Positions 59,718 to 64,000 of a stretch of DNA of 64,000 nucleotides are shown here, in pieces. The stretch is from Ochotona princeps (Eukaryota). Both the position numbers and the translations under genes were made by a program. Where the stretch lies: contig NC_080843.1 in assembly GCF_030435755.1 (NCBI RefSeq), positions 68,798,485 through 68,862,484 on the forward strand, written 5' to 3'. Below the pieces are notes generated by a model. It did not search any database, was not told the origin of the DNA, and saw only the letters and a list, made by a program, of their open reading frames with translations. Position 1 is the first letter of the stretch. Every line of letters begins with the position of its first letter.

Positions 59718-60462
59718 GTATAAGTGTTGAAAGGAGTAAGAGACGGAACAATTCAATGTCATGGTTCATGTTGTTATTGAGCTCTTTGGAAGAGTTATAC
59801 TCTTGTTTCCAATTGAAGTGCTTTTGAGTGTAGGTTGAAGATAACCCTGTCACATGTGGTAACAGGAGGAGGTTGGGAGGTACTAGTTAAAGAAGCTTTG
59901 GCATTGTTCTGGAGGAACTGAGCCAAGGTTTTTGCACTTCACAGACAGCTGGGTAAGTGTGACCTCTCAAGTAGCAAACTTCTGTTTAATGGGGTCTCAC
60001 ATGTGGTGTCTCTTACAGATTATAATTGTACAATCAAAGAGCTGAAAATGGTGAAGGGGATTTTATCTTTTAGATAGATTATTATATATTTGAAATATTT
60101 TCATGTATATTACGGTATGGGCAAAATGACTTGCGGCTCTGTTTACATGAATGATCTTTCTTACTTTGAAAGAGACCGAATCAATGGGCTGTTTTTGAAA
60201 GAAGTTTTAAAGTTATACGGTGAATGTGTTACTTCAGAAGTGAATCTGTAGTCCCTGGATGGAATCCACACGGGCCCAGTCATGTACAGAAGGTTGAATA
60301 CCTTTGTGTTTGTTAGGGGTGGTGGTGATTATTGCTTTTATTGGATTCTCAAAGGGGGGGGATCTTCAACTTCTATCGTTGTTGAAGTTGTGTCATCAGG
60401 CGTGTTAACTAAAATAGTCACAGACTGGGGTGTGTGTGCTAAATAACTTTGTTTTTGACTAG

Positions 60463-60565
60463 GCCTATTAAAGCTGTTCTAAGCGAAAGGAAACAGACAT
60501 TTGAAGACTACGTGGAAGAACAAATTCGGCTAGAAGAGCAAGAACGGGAGCAGAAGCAGATGAGG
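60463..60565 (+). CDS. CENPJ: CENPJ exon: (R)[34 protein letters not shown]
   Basis: Acceptor gtttttgactag|GCC. It must end in phase 0 to join the large exon, which implies a non-consensus donor AGG|GTTAGC. A coiled-coil-like composition. Confidence 0.5.
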
Positions 60566-60695
60566 GTTAGCAACCGTACCATTTCGAATAAATTATTCTG
60601 AGACTTTAGAGATTTGTTTATGGTTTGCTGTAAAAATGGCTTGGAGAGGACTTGCCTATACTACAATTATTTCATTGATTGTCCTTTTCTTTTAG

Positions 60696-62349
60696 GAAGC
60701 GGAAGGACCAGGGCTAATCAAAGCAAAGCCCAAACAACCATTCTTAAAACGAGGAGAAGGTCTAGCTAGATTTTCTAATGCTAAATCTAAGGTTCAGAGA
60801 GGGAAAGAAAGCAGACCAGTGTCTGGCCAGAGCGCTGCGGAAGACCAGCCCGTGTTTCAAATGGAGAGACCGCAGTTCCAGCGGAAAACCGCTGTTAGGA
60901 ATAAAGACCTGGGTGCCGAGAGCCCTGCTGTCAAAAGGCTCAGTAAAGTTCGAAGCAGGAGTGCGGCTGTCACACTCAGTCAGAAGCTACACGTGCCCAA
61001 GAGTAATAATAGAAAAAGTCTCTCTCCGTCGGGATTGAAAATACAGGCAGGGAAGAAATGGGACGGGCAGCCGAGAGACCACAGCAGATTGGACAGAAAG
61101 GTGGAGCTGCCTAACAGCAAGGAAGATGTACGTGAGTGTGCAGACCCTGCGGATCCTGGCTGCAGAGTGCGGGCTAAGGCACCAGGACAAGACAGACGGC
61201 CCCTCTCACCAGGGCAGCTCGCCTCTGCGGCTGCCAGAGCACCCATGAGCGAGACTGTGAAAGCGTTGGAATCTTCTCTGGACGTTTCTCTTCAGAAGAA
61301 AATGGAGACTTGGGAACGAGAGAAGGAAAAGGAAAATTTGGAACTAGATGAGTTTTTGTTTCTGGAGCAAGCTGCTGACGAAATATCATTTTCTAGTAAT
61401 TCCTCATTCGTGCTGAAGATCTTAGCAAGGGATCAACAGGCGTGCCAAGGTCACCGGCTGTCTTCCACTCCCATGAAGGCTGTGCAGCCAGAGAGGGCAC
61501 ATCCACGGGGCGCTGATGGTCAGGGTGACCACAGGGAGGGTCCCAGCCATGCTGCCCGTGAAACCAGAAGTGAGTGTGACGTGGCACCCCACCCCCGGGG
61601 CCCAGCGTCCGCACCTGAGGGCCCGAGGGAATGGTCGTGTAACATCCGGAGGAAAGCTTGCCAGAAAAACGACTTGAGCAGTTCTGAAAACCGAGCCCCA
61701 TGGGAAGCAAGCGATGAGGTCGATGTCACCGACAGTGATGATGGCGCGGACTCCGAGGAGCAGCTTGATGTGACCGTGAGACCGTTGCCTGAGGAGGCGG
61801 GCAGGAGTTTGAGCAGCATGGAGGAGAGCCCACAAGTCTGCGATGGCATGGGGCCTTCCAAGGACGCTCAGACTCAACAGGAGAAGAGAGATGTGGAACT
61901 GGATTTGTCTGCTAAAGATTGTAGCACTGATGGCTGCATCATGGCAGAGAGCATGAGAAACCTGGGCTCTGAGACTTCCCGAAGACCCTCATCTCCAAAT
62001 ATGAGTACAATTGACTTTGATGATGAAAGAACCTGGACTGACCTCGAAGAGAATTTGTGTCAACACGACGCTGTTCTTGAGGATGAAGCTGTTTATGGGA
62101 CCCCCCAGAAACACTCCCTGAATAGAAGTGATGTGTTTGTCCTGGACAAAACATTAAAAAGAAAGGTAGCACCGGTCAAGAGGGGAGAAGACTCGAGCAA
62201 GGCAGGCAGGAGCCGAAGCCCTCCTCCTGCGTCGGAGCTCATGATGAAATTCTTCCCGTCTTTGAAGCCAAGACCAAGACCAAGACCAAAAGCAGATTCG
62301 CCTTTGGACAATGGACCCAAGTTAAACACGAGTCCAGACCAGCTACCTG
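60696..62349 (+). CDS. CENPJ: CENPJ giant internal exon (1654 nt): [32 protein letters not shown]…[29 protein letters not shown](G)
   Basis: ORF 60819..62366 extends upstream in frame to acceptor ttttcttttag|GAA at 60696. Donor CTG|GTGAGT at 62349/62350. Disordered, S/P/E-rich composition. Its size and position are consistent with the large exon 7 of CENPJ. Confidence 0.7.
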
Positions 62350-64000
62350 GTGAGTCAGCATTATAAACTACACATTGGAGTGTTAAAAAAGTCTACCTTT
62401 GTTTTATCACCGTGCTCTTAAGGTGGTTAAAATCCTGTCAGTGTTGCTCAGCGAATGGAGTTAATGATTGATTTGTAGGACCTTGATTTGTTTCGTTGGT
62501 CTAAAGCATGTAAGAGTCACTAGTATGAGGTTCAGCTGCATCATGCCTTCAGGTTCTTCAGGCTTGTGCTTTAGCCTTCCCGAGACTTGAAACTAGTTTA
62601 TGATCAAATGAAATAATATTTAAGTTGCTTTCACAGCAAGGGAGGACCCACATAATGGTGTGTATTCCCGAAGGTGAGTCTTTTAGCGACTGTTAAGACA
62701 TTGATCTTCGTGCACTTGTTACATGAGCTTGTGAGATGAGCCCCTGATGGTTTAGAGCAGCAGTCCAGTGGTCCCTGGGTCTGTGGGAGGTGTGGTTTGG
62801 AGCTCCACCTGCACAAATGGAATCTTGGAGAATGCCAGACCCCTTCTGTTGACTGTGTGTTTCTGGGCTATGTGCCTTTCTCTTAGAGGACTCTTGTCAT
62901 GGCTTCTCTTCGGCATATCCGAATTGCTGTAGCGCTCGTCCTGCACTTTGGGGGTCATTCTTAAGTAGCATGGGTGTCACTTGAACACAAATAGTGCAGA
63001 ACTGTGGCGTCTGATCTGGTAACTGAGATGAGTACTAAGTGACCTGATGGTGTCACTTAGCGTATGGAATGATAATGTCCTGGGTGGGACAGCGAGATTT
63101 CATCATTCTACCCAGAGTGCTGTGCGAGTTGACATTTGTGAATGATTTTGGGAATTGTCCACATAATGTTTTCAGATTCTGGTTGACTGGGCAGTAGAAA
63201 CCATGGAACGTGAAACCTTTGAGAGCAGCAGGGACTGCCGGAAAGTGTCCATCCCTTCCTGGACCTGGTCCTGGCTCCCTTTCCTGGCAGTACCACACAC
63301 TCTCAGGATCCGTGCTGGAGGTGGTTGTCACGCTCAGGCACCTCCTCCTCTGGATTCAGTGACTGTTGGACCCAATTGCTGTGGCGGAGTTCTCAAACTT
63401 ATCTCGAAACGCCTCCTGTTGCATCCTAACCTCATAGCTTGAGTACTGGACGGAGCATGGATGGAAGTTGTGGTGTCAGGAATTTAAAATACTGTTCTGC
63501 TTTTAAAGGAATACTTTTGTGGAAAGCTTGGAAGTTGAGATAAAAAGGGAATAGAAACAAACGTGTAAGAACTTTCAAACTGCTGTGTTGTTTTGGGATG
63601 GTCCCTTCCAGCGATTTAACTTTCCTAACAGAGTCATATCCTTTTAGCCTTGTGATACGGATCAGGTTTGTTTTCCCCAAAGGTACAGTTAATAAAAGCC
63701 CTTTTTCAATTGATGGCAGTAAGCTTGACTGTTTTGTTTCTTTTTCTTTAAAAAAATAGTACATATACTTAAGGATCTTCGTTTACATTTCTTTGATTAA
63801 CAGTGGAAGGTAACTGTTGATTTGAATATCAAATTATCTACTCAGATCTCTTTGTGGATTAGTTATTCATGCTCTTAAGCTATTTACTGCTATTTTAAAC
63901 ATTGATTTCAGTGATTTCTTTGCATACGTAGTGGTTTAATTTGTTTTGGTGTATGCAGTGTTGAGTCTTCAATTCTTTTGCGACAGCGTGATTGATTGTT

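Noticed and set aside
60819-62366. A 515-aa ORF starting at ATG 60819, considered as a standalone gene
   Set aside because: The frame stays open upstream to a consensus acceptor at 60696. It joins phase-correctly to upstream exons encoding the CENPJ N-terminus. It is an internal exon.
1-64000. A search for CRISPR arrays, operons, tRNA/rRNA genes or other prokaryotic or defence-system features
   Set aside because: The sequence is mammalian chromosomal DNA, with SINEs, CpG islands and spliced exons. The tRNA-like segments are SINE heads, not tRNA genes.

Overview
This window is mammalian nuclear DNA, not prokaryotic. The very high density of tRNA-derived 'C-repeat' SINEs (…ggatcccatatgggcgccggttctaatcccggcagctccacttcccatccagctccctgcttgtggcctgggaaagcag…) indicates a lagomorph (rabbit-type) genome. 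There are no CRISPR arrays, operons or rRNA/tRNA genes. Two protein-coding genes lie head-to-head. PARP4 (vault poly-ADP-ribose polymerase) runs on the minus strand: a putative non-coding first exon in a 1.5-kb CpG island at ~33.4-34.9 kb, then 14 coding exons found from 29057 down to 2854, including the ATG exon and the BRCT exon. CENPJ/CPAP runs on the plus strand: a CpG-island first exon ending at 44598, the ATG exon at 55366-55821, and exons 3-7 including the giant ~1.65-kb exon at 60696-62349. The gene calls rest on splice-site consensus, reading-frame continuity across every exon junction, and my recollection of the human protein sequences. Both the gene identities and the exon boundaries (±3 bp) should be confirmed by alignment. 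Roughly a quarter to a third of the window is SINE sequence. Other features are listed below.
- An RPS25 processed pseudogene sits in a PARP4 intron, with a (GGAA/GAAA)n microsatellite that grew out of its tail.
- A P2RX5 processed pseudogene (exon-skipped, frameshifted) sits in CENPJ intron 1.
- Three SINEs form a direct tandem array, all flanked by the same 16-bp motif.
- An unclassified 1.1-2 kb interspersed repeat family, with internal ~120-bp subrepeats, occurs in four copies. Two of them form an inverted pair bracketing the 5' half of PARP4.
- Several microsatellites are present.
- ZNF143/THAP11-type ACTACA motifs occur in inverted orientation in the CENPJ promoter.
The adjacent, divergent PARP4-CENPJ arrangement matches my recollection of mouse but not human, where ATP12A and RNF17 lie between them. 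I found no system I would call novel. The most unusual structures are the inverted repeat family, the tandem SINE array and the exon-skipped P2RX5 retrocopy.
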